Below, piece after piece: positions 39,039 to 52,529 of a DNA stretch of 64,000 bases. This DNA is from Antedon mediterranea. Taxonomy: Eukaryota > Animalia > Echinodermata. The position numbers and the translations under genes are program-made. The stretch is from assembly GCF_964355755.1 (NCBI RefSeq), contig NC_092675.1, forward strand, positions 6,877,812 to 6,941,811. Reading direction: 5' to 3'. The notes beneath the pieces are model-generated. The model worked only from the letters and a program-made list of their open reading frames with translations, was not told where the DNA came from and ran no database searches. Position 1 is the stretch's first letter. Every line of letters starts with the position of its first letter.

Positions 39039-39844
39039 AGCTGCTGCAGGTTGTTGTTATGGTAATTGATTGGTCTTTAATACGGTCTTCTTTATAAAAC
39101 ACTACATTATCATCCAAAAATGATAACATTTATTCTGGAAATTGAAGGTTTATTATTAACAGTACATAGAGTATTGGCCTTATTAAAAACATTTTCATCT
39201 AAAAACACCCACAAATAAAAAATAAACCTGCCTCCCTCCTCGAGTCGCCCAGCTGGTATCAGTATAGCCTACAGCAAGAGACCCAGTCAGAGACAATGAA
39301 TATGTTACATTTCAAATGTAATGTGTAGGCCTTATATCCCCAGTCAACAAGCTGCCTAATTTAATTAGCCTAACTCAGCCTGTCAGGGCAGGCCTAGGAC
39401 CTTGGCCTAGCTAGTAGAGGAAAGTTATACTGCTTCCTACTAGCCTAGAGGGCCGGCCGCCTACACTAGCTAGCTAGGCTAGCCTACTACTAGGTACTAC
39501 TAGTAGGGCCGGCTAGGCCTAGTTAGTAGGGCCTAGTTACTAACTAGTTAGCCCAGGATATAGGGCTACATACACGTTATCGAGCCTTGCGTAGTGACCT
39601 TAACCTAGGCTAGGCCCTAGTTTAGCCTACCTCTCTGGTCCTAGAAAGACAGGGACAAACAGGGGAGGAGGGTGGTGGGGCCTATAGTAAGCCTAGCTAT
39701 CCTACTACTGTCACTTTACTACCATGATACTGGACAAAAACAATTAATGTAGTTAATATTACTGTAGTATAACTTACTGTTCCGTTTAAAGCTATATATA
39801 TGAGGCCTTTCTTGTCTAGTTAGGCTATAATTTTAATAGTTCAG

Positions 39845-39859
39845 TTTACATTGGCAACC
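39845..39859. promoter_or_regulatory. Candidate RFX X-box upstream of CCDC24
   Basis: GTTTACATTGGCAAC resembles the X-box (GTTNCC-N0-3-RGYAAC). It lies near a probable 5' UTR exon (donor ~39722). Confidence 0.4.
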
Positions 39860-39982
39860 ATCACACAAAAAACGCCACCAACCATCAAAACAACATGACA
39901 GCATATTGGCGGCGTGCTTCATATAAAGTAGACATCTAAGAGCCATAAACTGTATTATCGCTCTGAAAGTAGATCTTCTTTG

Positions 39983-40380
39983 TAATAATAATAATAATAA
40001 TAACAATAATATTTATTCGGCAAAAGTTCATAAAGTACATTTTACAATTCATCTTGCCAGGAGCAAGTAATAGGCATGAGCCCAAACAGAAAACTGTTCA
40101 TTACTCCATCATTACTTATAAAATACAAAAATAACAAAACTAAGTAGCACAAATTAAGTCAAAATAAAACAAAACAAAACAAAGTTATAATGAGATACAC
40201 CAATTAAAAATAAGCTGCATTGAATAAAAAATATAAACAATTACAGTACAACTTAATATTTTGAGATCAAATGTTTGATGAGTTGGGCTTTAAAGTCTGA
40301 AATTGTAGCACATTGTTTAATTTCATTGGGAAGTTGCTCCCATAATCTAGGGAAAATAACAAACGATGAATTTAAAAATG
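39983..40380 (-). mobile_element. CR1/L2-group LINE 3' end with (TTA)n tail
   Basis: The minus strand reads FPRLWEQLPNEIKQCATISDFKAQL. (TAA)n run at 39983-40010. Confidence 0.6.
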
Positions 40381-41411
40381 GGTGTCACGAAACCTAAGAC
40401 CACGAAATCTAAGACCCCTAAGACCTAAGATCACGAAAGCTAAGACCCAAGACCTAAGATTACAAATATTTATCTTTCGCACCTGCCTTGTATTTTAACT
40501 CCCAACATTTATTCTGAATACCACACCTTAGAATTGGCACTTTCATGAAAAAGAATCACATAAAAAGTAACAAATACATTTTTAAATTGATGATTTTACA
40601 GACGTTTTTCTCGCACACAAAATGACTAGCCTACAGTACAGTAGGCCTACCCCATGTTCAATGTTTTTGTTTCTATGGAACGTCAAAAGAGCAAAAAAGG
40701 CTGAAAACTCTGTGGAGTCCATCTACAGTGTGGATGGAACAATGTAAAATTAAAATTGTAATGATAATAGTATAATCATGCAAGTACGAGGAAATAAACA
40801 CTGGCAAATAAATTTTAATTAAAAAATCATGATAAGTTTTGTTGTTTCGTTTTCTTTCTGTTTTATACTTGTACTATTATTGTTGCTCTTTTGGCGCTCC
40901 ATAGAAACAAAAACATTGAGCATAGGGAGCTCGAGGAGTTACATTTCAGTATACAAAGAAACACATCTGTAAAATCATAAATTTAAAGGATTTATTTATT
41001 TGTTATTATGTGTTTCTCCTTCTGAAAGTACTTATAAGTCCTAATTTTAAAGTGTGGTGTTCAGGATAAAGTTAGTCAACAAATTTGGAGTCAAAATACA
41101 AGAAAGGCAGGTGCGTAACAAAAACATCCTCTGAACCAACACAATGGAGTAAATATATACAAACAAACACCCCGTCAAGTTTGTTTGTTGTAAAGAAAAA
41201 ATATACATTTACTCAACGGGCGAAAATAATGTGAGTTTATCTATGTTTTGCGGTGGTATTAAATTATATTTATGGTAATAAATGAAACCTACTGTGTTTA
41301 CAATTATGTATGGATAAACAAGTATTGTTTTTAAGCTGTAGTATATCTTAGAATTTGTAATCTTAGGTCTTGGGTCTTAGCTTTCGTGATCTTAGGTCTT
41401 AGGGGTCTTAG
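40380..41411. mobile_element. Foldback/MULE-like non-autonomous element with repetitive TIRs
   Basis: Left arm CTAAGACCCCTAAGACCTAAGATCACGAAAGCTAAGACCCAAGACCTAAGATTACAAAT is the reverse complement of 41353-41411. Further internal inverted repeats at ~40480-40700 vs ~40880-41116. Confidence 0.8.
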
Positions 41412-43343
41412 CTAAGCATCTTAGCTAGAGTAGAGATGCTTATTAGTTCTAGTAGGCTACATATGCGTATAAGTTATCAAGTAAGCATCCAGTTTATAAG
41501 GTATTCTAACTAAATATGATATCTAGAAAAAAGATTACTGATTATAGGCCTATATACTTTAATATATACTTTAATAACTCAGTTAATTTTAAAAACAAAA
41601 TCAGAGAAACTCTCATGAGCTTCCGAATTCAAGTTATTTATCGCATTTATTCGAATAAATTTGAATAAACGCCCCCTCGAATATATTTGCAAATGAAAGT
41701 TTGTAGACTTCTGAAAACGTGTTTACCTTTCTTTAGTCACTGACACTGGAACCGAAAATTATCGAGATCCGAAGTGTCCCATGGAGTAACTCCATGAGTG
41801 TCCACACATATCTGAACTTGCGCTAATAGGCTACCAAAGGGCTAATCTGGGGAAAATAGAAACAAGTGTTTCTCAACCTATTTGTGTTATATAGCGTCTA
41901 TATCCACTAAAAAAAGTTCCAGCTCATCTGGCCTGGGGAAAGCCGCCATTTTAGATTTTCAATATGGCCGCCATAAAAAAACAGATAATCATTTATTGAT
42001 CTTTATGAAGATTCTAACACAATTTACAATAACGAACTGTACGTCATCCGCTCTATAGTGATTTTCAATGGTTGAGATCTGGAAGGCGTTTGAGGGCTAC
42101 ACGTTGTAGAACAAAACGCTTCCTTAATTCTTTTATTCCGCACTTTTATTCAACAACTTCCGTTAAGTCGTTGAATTTTGTTGCTATGTAATTTTATTGT
42201 ATTCTTTTAACTTTGAGCAATTGTATATCACATGAATTTCCGTATGGACAAATAAAATGAACTATGAACTACTGACTAATTCCAATAGGCTCTCATTCCA
42301 CACGAAGAGTATTAATAATATATAACATTGTGTAAGTGCTCATACAACTTAACAACTTGTAATTCACCTTATGCATGTCTATATCTTTGAACCGTGACAT
42401 TTATACAGTTTAAACACAATACATCTTTCAAAGAAACGAACTATTAATCTAAATATTCCATAACAATCACTCAAATCTGCTTTAATATTTAATATTTTAT
42501 TGTTGACAGTAGCAGATTTGAGTCAAAACCAAGGTCAAATATCTACTAAGCGCATCGTTGAAAAATTAAAATAACTTCGATGTATTTTCTAGGCTTTCTT
42601 TTTCATAACTCAGCTAGTAATCCAATAATTATATCACAATGGTTATCTAGATTATGAAAAACTATGCAACATTATTATGTTTTAATAATGTTACTATTAA
42701 TATTCAATAAAATATGGATCTGTAAATTGTTTATAGGGCCTATGTTTTAAATGACTGTCTGAACGTTTTACAAACACACAATATTTGTTGTTGTTATTTC
42801 TTCTTTATCTCAAATTGTGATCTTTGAAAAAAGGAAATTAATGATGAAAAAATGAATACATTTGAGACTGCTTTCTTATGTGTGTTTTTAATGTAAAAAG
42901 TTCTAATTCAAAATCGTTTCATTTTTAAAGCGCCATTCCAACGATTTACAAATAGCGCTGACAAAAGAACTAATAAGAAAAAGTGAGTTTTTAAGTGAAT
43001 TAAAAACTGTCCAAAGATGTCGATTTTCTAATACGTAAAGGCCAAGCAGTACTGAATGCATTATATATTACATTCAGCTTCAGTTCCAACAATTGATAAT
43101 TGTAGTGTGGCAAAAACTTTATAAATTAATGTATTTAATCGAAAGTAACATGTAATGTTACATTTGATGATAATACACAAGTGGGATGATCCCACAAAAT
43201 ATTACGAAAATACTATTAAAAAAATGGAATTGTGTTGTGGGCCTTAACCAATACAGTACCGTGTATGTGAGGGTGAGGGTGAGATGATAGATCAATATGT
43301 ATCTATAAATAAAAATAAAATAATTAATAAATAACCAACTTAC

Positions 43344-43432
43344 TTGTCTTTTAACTGACCATCTAAAATGAATAACACAGACACTACGAGTAAGAGTGAT
43401 TCTATGAACAAATTTCGTTTGTTAATCGCCAT
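43344..43432 (-). pseudogene. Orphan signal-anchor exon 1 of a Gal-3-O-sulfotransferase paralog
   Basis: MAINKRNLFIESLLLVVSVLFILDGQLKD followed by a GTAAGT donor. 42580-43620 duplicates 48225-49205. No catalytic exon is visible downstream. Confidence 0.75.
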
Positions 43433-43899
43433 TATTGGTGTGATTTAAACTAACGTATAAAGTCCAACTACATTGAGACATGCTTCAAGTCTATCAATTA
43501 TGTAGACGTGTTTATTTAACATGATACAGTAGAAACACATCTGCCACCAAACATGACTGTATTTCTATTTCTGCGTTCTAAACTTATCCCTTTTCTTTAA
43601 AATGTCATTAGAATATCTTTATCACGGGTAAACATGTTGTTGAATACCTGTCGTTATAATGACTTCACTATTTTCTATACAGTATGTACATTTTTATTTC
43701 ATGAACAATATATTACTATTGAAAGTTAAGCGCTATTATGAGAAAACCACGACTACAAAACATCGCCATTCATTCATTCATTCAGGCTTATCGCCTGACT
43801 TTATTTACTTTAGGCCTCTGGCCCCTAGTTATTAACAAAATAATAATTTCATTGAAAAATAAAGCAATTTATGGTCACAAGATAAATGAATTAATTAAT

Positions 43900-44501
43900 T
43901 TCGTTCTCTAAGCAAAACATATATCTTAACTTATAAGCATGATAAATATATTTAGATAGATTATCAATAATTATTAATTTGATCTGTGATGACATTAAAC
44001 GGCAGAATTTAAAAGTATTTGGATTTTCAAAAAATAAAGAAGGTACCAATTTTTTCTGATTTCCTTGTAACGAGAGCAAACCGTAACAAAATGATATTCA
44101 TCTTCAACTTCATTTATATTACATATTTTACATAGCATATTGCTGCGCTCTATTCTATTCCATTTTCCCTTTTCTACCTCTAGTTGAAGTGTGCCCAGTC
44201 TTAGTTGACTTAAAGCTCGCTTATATCTAGTATCTTTTATTTTATTAATTATATAAAATTTATCAAGGACATTATTTTGTGAAAACCATATGTTTCCATG
44301 ACCAATAGAGCATAGCATATGTTTTACATTGCTTACCCAACAATTACTATTATTTTGCGCTTTATGAAGTTGAGATTTATAACATTTCTTCGCATATTTG
44401 TCCTCATCATTTACTAGTCTTACCCAATAACGGATAACATTGAGTACACTTTCGATTGATAAAGAGTGGAGAAATTTACAAAAATACATCCGAAACAACA
44501 A
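43900..44501 (-). mobile_element. LINE ORF2 C-terminal fragment (RTE-X/L2-group-like)
   Basis: LSQLRLGTLQLEVEKGKW...LCKICN..VEDEYHFVTVC..Y..IR, the CCHC zinc-finger region of a non-LTR ORF2. Confidence 0.75.
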
Positions 44502-46395
44502 TGGTTGGTAAGCCTAATTGTTTTCCCTTTTAAACGTAGCCTAGTTATGTCTGTTTTTTGCTCTGGGAACTGCTGCCTCATTGGCCCTTGAGCAAGTGAG
44601 CGCTCATAGCCATTACGCCACTGCTTTTACCGATTTCAAAAGTGTATCGATACACGGGTTTATATAGAAAGCATTTAAAATAACACACAAATAAAACAAT
44701 ATCAAAGGACACAATTGATTAAATCTCTCGTGGTTTTTCGTGAGAGGATTATCCCACGCCTTTGCCTGTGTCAATTCAGTTCTATTTTATTCTTTGTATC
44801 TGATTTACAATGAGATTATTATATGATTGTATTGTAAAGAATATTACGTACGTACATTACACTTTACCTTCGACATATAATTATTTACAAAAATACTAGA
44901 CACAGGCAAGGCCATTACAGTACTGTGATGTAAATTTCTAAATAGTATAGTTTTTTACTGTATTTTGTCATCTTATGATTTGAACCAATTTTAGTATTTA
45001 GACCAAAAGTCAGTTTAATTTACGATAGTTTACGTGTCAAATGCCTTTTAACAACATTGCAGCAAAATGACACTAATTTACTATAAATCAAATTACTATA
45101 TTATTTTGTCCACGATCTCCAAGTAAATAGGCTATTTATCTTTTTTTCTTCCTATTTTTTACACCTTTATTCTCCTTGTTGTAGCAGCACTGTAGTTCAT
45201 AGCTCATTGTAGTTCAACAGCAACAGTTTAAGTCTCTGTCTCTGTCCGCGACTATAAGGCCTATTATTATTATTATATTAATAATATTAAAAGATTATTT
45301 AAGGAGAACATTCATGACAGTTGTAATAGTCTGATTTAAACGATAGTAAACGCACTTCCACAATTCAACCTACATCAACATTGGTGCAAATTGATATTTT
45401 AGGATATTGTAGGTTGGTTTTGTGGAAGTTGCTTATATTTCCTGGTAAAATTGTTTCCCTTTTGTATGATTTGTATATGGATTTACTTATGCGAAATAAA
45501 GAAAATTATTGAATAAATGAATGAATAACACTATTATGAATGGTCAAGATACCCGGCATTTTAAATTTCTCAATATCTTAATAAATCATTTTAGGCCGTT
45601 TTCTTGCATAATTAGTTTTTAATTATAATTATGATATTTGTCAAAAAGGTAGAAATAAAATAAAAGAAAATTAAGAAGAATACGAAAAGAATAGAAACAA
45701 TTATCCAAACAAGACTCATCAGTTGTACTGGTTGAACTTTCAATATTCATAAATGCAGTTTTATTAATAAAACAATTTTTATGTAGGTGTATTTTACAAA
45801 GATGCTTAACAAAACTCAAAAACTAAAATGTCTCTATCATAAAGAGATTTACAATAACTGATCTTATTATTTCGATTATCTGTTATTTGATTAATTTTTA
45901 CTGCAACATTTGCAACAGTTGTCTGTCCCTGTTTGTATGATAAAGTAAGACAATTATTCTGTTGTCATAATATAAACATGTATAGGTGAAATTAAGCTGA
46001 TGCTTAACATTACAAAATATTGTACAATGAAAATATATTTACTGATAAAAACACATAAACCCATAGAAATTCACATGGCATATATAAAAATAAATAAAAC
46101 ACAATACTTATTTAATATTATAAATTATTTAAAAAAACGAAAAGTTAGATACACTCAACGTAATTAACCATTCATCCAATATTACATAATCATTTTTCGA
46201 AGTTAAATTTTGATTGAATTTCAATATTTTATTGTTGCTCAACAGACTTAGGTAAAACATCCAATCAAATAACTGTCCTTTTTGCTAAATGTACAGATAA
46301 CCTAAAATAAAACTTAATTCAAAAGCCTACTAAAAACATTTTCATTGAAATGTGAATAGCGCTAAATAAGTAAATGACTATTAAAAAAAATGAAC

Positions 46396-48979
46396 TCACT
46401 GCGGTTCAATAATAATATCCATGTCGATATATTCTTGGTGAAGACGTTTAACGAATCTTCCATCTCCCATAAATAAAGTTTTACAATACGCTGTGTTCTG
46501 TTTCGATAGGTTTTGTGGTATTCGTCTTTTCTCGGTTCCATCACTTGAGGTCACATATTCAACGCACATAGTTGATACGTCGTCTTGACGTTTTCTAAAT
46601 TCTTCAAGTTCTGTATTGAACTGTTGCCTATTTGCATTCACCTTTCTCCAGAATGTTTCATTGAAATGGTTATATAATTTGACATCATACCGATTCCATG
46701 TTTTCATTTTTTCCCGCATTTTGGGTGTTACAACAAAACGGTTGGTTTCTTTTCTTGCACCCTTTTTAAGATATAATATATCTTCATAATCCAAGCATAA
46801 TGTTTGTTTAAGTAATATTAAAGATTCATCGTAATACTCCATGATCATAACTAAATCGAATTCATGTTTTAATTGTCGTATTTTATAATTCAAAGTTGGT
46901 TCATCACTCAGAAATCTATGATCTAATCCAAGATCGAACAATTGGCCATTTGATGCAATATGTGACATGAAAAAGGGCTTTTTAAAATAACTTTCCGGAT
47001 CTTCCATAAAAATCTCCAACGCATTGGGCTTATCTTCCAATCCCCAACCTTTGGCCAATTTAAAGTATCCAAAAGCAGACTCAAGTTGGTCTGAAGGTTC
47101 TCTTAGGATTGTTATAAACTTAGCATTTGGAACCACTGCATCCATCTCAATACGGTTGTATCGTGCGTGGTTAGCAATGATGTTAAATCCTGTTACTATC
47201 TTTCCATTATATGTTGATCCAAGCTGTAATTCTGTAACCATAGACCTATTGAATAAGTCAGTTGTTGAAAATATATGCCCGATTTTAGGAAGAGCGAATA
47301 TTAGAAAATGCCTATGGCCATATCGTTCAAATAAGGTTCCTGTAGTCGTACTTCCAGTCTTGTGGGTTTTCACATAAACAATCTGTTTTACCGGTTCACA
47401 CACTTCATGATCAAAGATGACGTCTGTACTAATAAAGCTTTTGATGTTTTGTTTCAAATATCTGTAATATTTATTAACATAGAGTAATTAATAATTTGGC
47501 ACTCCTTGACAATAGTACGCATAACTAACATATTAATAAATACAATGATAATACGTTAACCCGTTTAAATATCGAAAAATATAAAAAATGGGGAACGATT
47601 TAGCTTCTAAGGGATGCTATTAAATGACTCCACTGACGACCACTGTTTTAGAAGACAGTTTACGATATTTTCTGTAGTCCATTGAATTATTGATGATATG
47701 TATAAATAATACGTTTAATAAGTAAAGTTTCAAAATAATAAAACAATATAATATCTTCTGAAATGTTAATAATTCAATTTTTGATGTGATTTAAAGTTAA
47801 TATTTTAGTCTAGCCCGTCCAGATATTTAAAAAAATAATTTCAAATTACTGTTTTCCAAAGATTTTACTTCGATTTGATCACTCTGCTGGTCTTTTTTTT
47901 AGTATCGTTAACATGTACATAGCTAGCTGCAGTCGCGTGCGCAAATTTGAGTTAGTGTTTACCGACCGAGTTAGTGTTTACCGACCGACCGGCATATTGA
48001 GCTATAGAGTCGCGTTGCACGACTAAAAATACAATAACTAAAAGGATCGATTGAACTATGCATAGTAGTTTTATCAGTTATTTTTAATATTGTTAGTATT
48101 AATATATAAAACAATAATCAGAAAACATACAAAGGTTCAAATGAACGATAAGGACAGCTTCCGAGTTGTACTGCCTTTTTAAAAAACAACCTTTGCCTAA
48201 TACATTATATATTATATGAGAAAATCCAATAATTATAGCACAATGGTTATCTACGTTATGAAAAACTATGCAACATTATTATGTTTTAATAATGCTACTA
48301 TATATATTCAATAAAATATGGATCTGTAAATTATTTATATGTTTTAAATGACTATCTGGACGTTTAACAAACACACAATTTGTTGTTCTTTCTTTCTCAT
48401 TCGTTATATCTCGCATTGTGATCTTTGAGAAAATTAATGATGGAAAATTAATACATTTTAGACTACTTTCTTATGTGTGTTTTTAATGTAAACATTCTAA
48501 TTCAAAATCAATCAATCGTTCCATTTGTAAAGCGCCATTCCAACGATAATTGCTCATAGCGCTGACAAAGGGACTAATAAGAAACAATTTTAGGTTATTA
48601 GGTGACTTTAAAATTATGTAGTGTATGTGGCAACAACCTTTGAGTATAAATTAATGTATTTAATCGTAAAGTAACATGTAATGTTACGTTTGATGATAAT
48701 ACAAGTGGGATGATCTCACAAAGGACAAAATATTCCGAAAATACTAGTAAAGAAATGACATTGACACCATGTGTTGTGGGTCGTAACCAAATACAGTACC
48801 GTGCATTTGAGGGTGAGGTAATAAAATTAAATGATAGATCACTATGTATCTATGAAATGAAATAAAATAATCAATAAATAACCTACTTACTTGTCTTTTA
48901 ACTGACCATCTAAAATGAATAATATAGACACTACGAGTAAGAGTGAGGCTATGAACAAATTTCGTTTGTTAATCGCCAT
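46396..48979 (-). CDS. Galactose-3-O-sulfotransferase-like (copy 1)
   Basis: Exon 1 48979-48891 (type II TM anchor, phase 2) plus exon 2 47461-46396. Motifs KTHKTGSTT (5'-PSB), ANHARY, ITILREP..QLESAFGY (3'-PB), FDLVMIMEYYDESLILLK and WNRYDVKLYNHFNETFW. Confidence 0.92.
47925..48032 (+). mobile_element. Helentron/DINE-like short element 3' end (related copies ~20630-20720 and ~23037-23127)
   Basis: (GACC)n followed by TATAGAGTCGCGTTGCACG(CG)ACTAAAA, a terminal stem-loop. Confidence 0.5.
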
Positions 48980-49732
48980 TATCGATGTGATGTGATTTAA
49001 ACTAACGTACAAAGTTCAACTACATTGAGACATGCTTCAAGTCTATCAATGTAGACGTGTTTATTTGACATCATACAATAGAAACACATAGGTAATGTGC
49101 AGTAATTGAAATGGACATCATATCTACTGACACCAAACATGACTGTATTTCTATTTCTGCGTTCTAAACTTTTTCTTAAAATGCCATTAGAATATCTTTA
49201 TCACTTTATCATTACAGTACTATTTTGTACACGATTTCCAAGTAATACGGATTTTTTAATTTTTATTTTCTTCTTATTTTTTAAACCTTTATTAAAAATT
49301 TAATTAGTAGTTCAACAGCAACAGTATAAGTCTCTGTCCGTCTGTCTGAGACTATTATTATATTATTAGGATTATTTAAGAAGAACATTTATGATAGTCT
49401 GATCACAATAGTCTGATTCAAACAATAGTTAACGTAATTCCACAATCCAACCTACATCAACATTGATGCAAATTGGTATTTTAGGATATTGTAGTGGTTT
49501 TGTGGAAGTTACTTATATTGTTAATTTCCTGGTGAAACTGTTATCTTTTTGTTTTTTGTATGATTTGTATATGGATGTACTATGGGTATACAAAATAAAG
49601 AAAATGATTAAATAAATGAATGAATAACACTAGGCTATATGAATGGTCAAGATACCCGGCATTTTAAATTTCTCAATATCTTAATAAATCATTTTATGCC
49701 GTTGTCTTGCATAATTAGTTTTTAATTATAAT

Positions 49733-49734
<2 letters not shown>

Positions 49735-49767
<33 letters not shown>

Positions 49768-50170
49768 TTCATCATATAATACATTACAAAGGAAAAACAT
49801 AATCAAATAAAAAATTAAAATAAAAAGCAACTAACAAAAACAACAAAGATATCCATCAAACAAATTAAATAAAGGTTCATAAAAATTATTCTACTCTACA
49901 AACCATTTTATATTTGATTTATAAATTCTTCTAATTTTATCCATTTTCTATTAAAAATACTGTACTCAAAATTCTGATGATAAATAAATTTTTCTGTTTC
50001 ATAAAACCTTTTTAACTCGTTCATAACCATTTTGATAGTTGGCTTACATTTAACTAGTTTACATTTATAAATAAATGATTTTACAATTAGAATAATTGCA
50101 TTAATGGCTTTTAAATTAAAAAACTGATGCGCATCTTAGTATCCGAAAATTATGCTCTCTTTACTAAAAA
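49735..50170 (-). mobile_element. 5'-truncated L1/Tx1-like LINE with poly(A) tail
   Basis: T-run at ~49735-49765. The minus-strand peptide INAIILIVKSFIYKCK...LKRFYETEKFI...FNRKW is typical of a Tx1 ORF2 end. Absent from the paralogous region at 45630-45970. Confidence 0.7.
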
Positions 50171-50602
50171 TAAATATAAACATGTATAGGTGAAATGAAG
50201 CTGATGCTTAACATTACAAAATATTGTACAATGAAAATATATTTACTGATAAAAACACATAAACCCATAGAAATTCACATGGCATATATAAAACTAAATA
50301 AAACACAATACTTATTTAATATCATAAATTATTTTAAAAAACGAAAAGTTAGATACATTCAAAGTAATTAAAAACTCATCCAAATATTCCATAATCATTT
50401 ATCCAAGTTGAATTTTGATTGAATTTCAATAATTTATTGTTGCTCAACAGACTTAGATAACACATCCAATTAAATAACTGTCGTTTTTGCTAAATGTACA
50501 GATAACCTACAATAAAACTTAATTCAAAAGCCTACTAAAACCATTTTCACTGAAATGTGAATAGCCTAAATAAGTGAATGACTGTTTAAAAAAATGAACT
50601 CA

Positions 50603-51677
50603 CTACGGTTCAATAATAATATCCATGTCGATATATGCTTGGCGAAGACGTTTAACAAACGTTCCGTCTCCCATAAATAAAGTTTTACAATACGCTGTGT
50701 CCTGTTTCGATAGGTTTTGTGGTATTCGTCTTTTCTCGGTTCCATCGCTTGAGATCACATATTCAACGCATATAGTTGTTATTTCGTCTTGACGTTTTCT
50801 AAATTCTTCAAGTTCTGTATTGAACTGTTGCCTATTTGCATTCACCTTTCTCCAGAATGTTTCATTGAAATGGTTATATAATTTGACATCATACCGATTC
50901 CAAGTTTTCATTTTTTCCCGCATTTTGGGTGTTACAACAAAACGTTTGGTGTCTTTTCTTGCACCCTTTTTAAGATATAATATATCTTCATAATCCAAGC
51001 ATAATGTTTGTTTAAGTAATATTAAAGATTCATCGTAATATTCCATGATCATAACTAAATCGAATTCATGTTCTAATTGATGTATTTTATAATTCAACGT
51101 TGGTTCATCACTCAGAAATCTATGATCTAATCCAAGATCGTACAATTGGCCATTTGATGCAAGATGTGACATGAAAAAAGGTTTTTTAAAATAACTTTCC
51201 GGATCTTCCATAAAAATCTCAAACGCATTAGACTTATCTTCCAATCCCCAACCTTTGGCCAATTCAAAGTATCCAAAAGCAGACTCAAGTTGGTCTGAAG
51301 GTTCTCTTAGGATTGTTATAAACTTAGCATTTGGAACCACTGCATCCATCTCAATTCGGTTGTATCGTGCATGGTTAGCAATGATGTTAAATCCTGTTAC
51401 TATCTTTCCATTATATGTTGATCCAAGGTGTAATTCTGTAACCATAGACCTATTAAATAAGTCAGTTGTTGAAAATATATGCCCAATTTTGGGAAGAGCG
51501 AATATTAGCGAATGTTTGTGGCCATATCGTTCAAATAAGGTTGCTGTAGTGGTACTTCCAGTCTTGTGGGTTTTCACGTAAACAATCTGTTTTACTGGTT
51601 CACACATTCCATGATCGAAGCTAACATCTGTACTAATATGATTCATTTTCTTCTTGTTGATCTTTGGTTTGGAAAAT
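50603..51677 (-). CDS. Galactose-3-O-sulfotransferase-like catalytic exon (copy 2; no dedicated exon 1 seen)
   Basis: Intact ORF with the same motifs. The acceptor TTTTACAG|A at 51677 is phase 2, like the other copies. Confidence 0.88.
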
Positions 51678-52529
51678 CTGTAAAATAGATTGATTAATTT
51701 AGACAGTATAATTGTTAAATTATATCATAACATTCAAACATTACTATGGTCACCGACTCCAAGACATCATGACGTAATCAAACTAGGGTGATTTTGATTA
51801 TCTATTTTCATATTAACAGTTTTAGTAAAATTTTGTTACTAATATTTTATAATTAAGAAAACAATAATTCATAACGCACTGGCGGTAATTCATGTCAGTA
51901 TAATTGGAATATTTTGATTTCATTGACCGTAATGTAAATAAATTCTTCGCAGAGGTAAATATATTTTTTATTGTGTGGTTGTTTTTCTTGGAGTGTTTTA
52001 TTCGAGAAAAAAAAACAAAAAGAGAAAAAAAATGGGTTTCACCATAGAGATATTATAGTTCACAGTGTGGTTTAACGTATGGCCTAACACTTCTTAGCTT
52101 AACCTGTAGGCCTACTGTAGGCACCGCCATGTGATCAAGAGGTTTTACTACGAAATTGCCCTGCAGTTATTTTACGGGTTATTATTTTCTGATATCCTAT
52201 TGAAAAAATACCGACATACAGTACGCCTGAAGGTACAGTAGAGTATAGAGAATCGGGTGGTATAACTGCATGTTGAAAATTAATTTTGTATAATGTGTTA
52301 CGGTATGAATAGTCAAACGAACTTGGTTGTATTTCATACAAAGTTGCATCATCATCTACAGTATTATTATTTGAATTACAAACAAGTAAATCAGTCTTCT
52401 TAATGACAGTATAAACACTTCATTGATGATTCTTTTGTGTGCTTTTTTTAAACTACAGTAGGTCGACTAGACTCATCTACACTGAAAGTGACATAAAATG
52501 AAATGAAGGTATAAACAATAAAAAAGAAC

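Noticed and set aside
39134-43432. Fusion of the orphan sulfotransferase exon 1 to CCDC24 by splicing
   Set aside because: A phase-2 join to the acceptor at 39134 gives INVIIFG-stop before the CCDC24 ATG.
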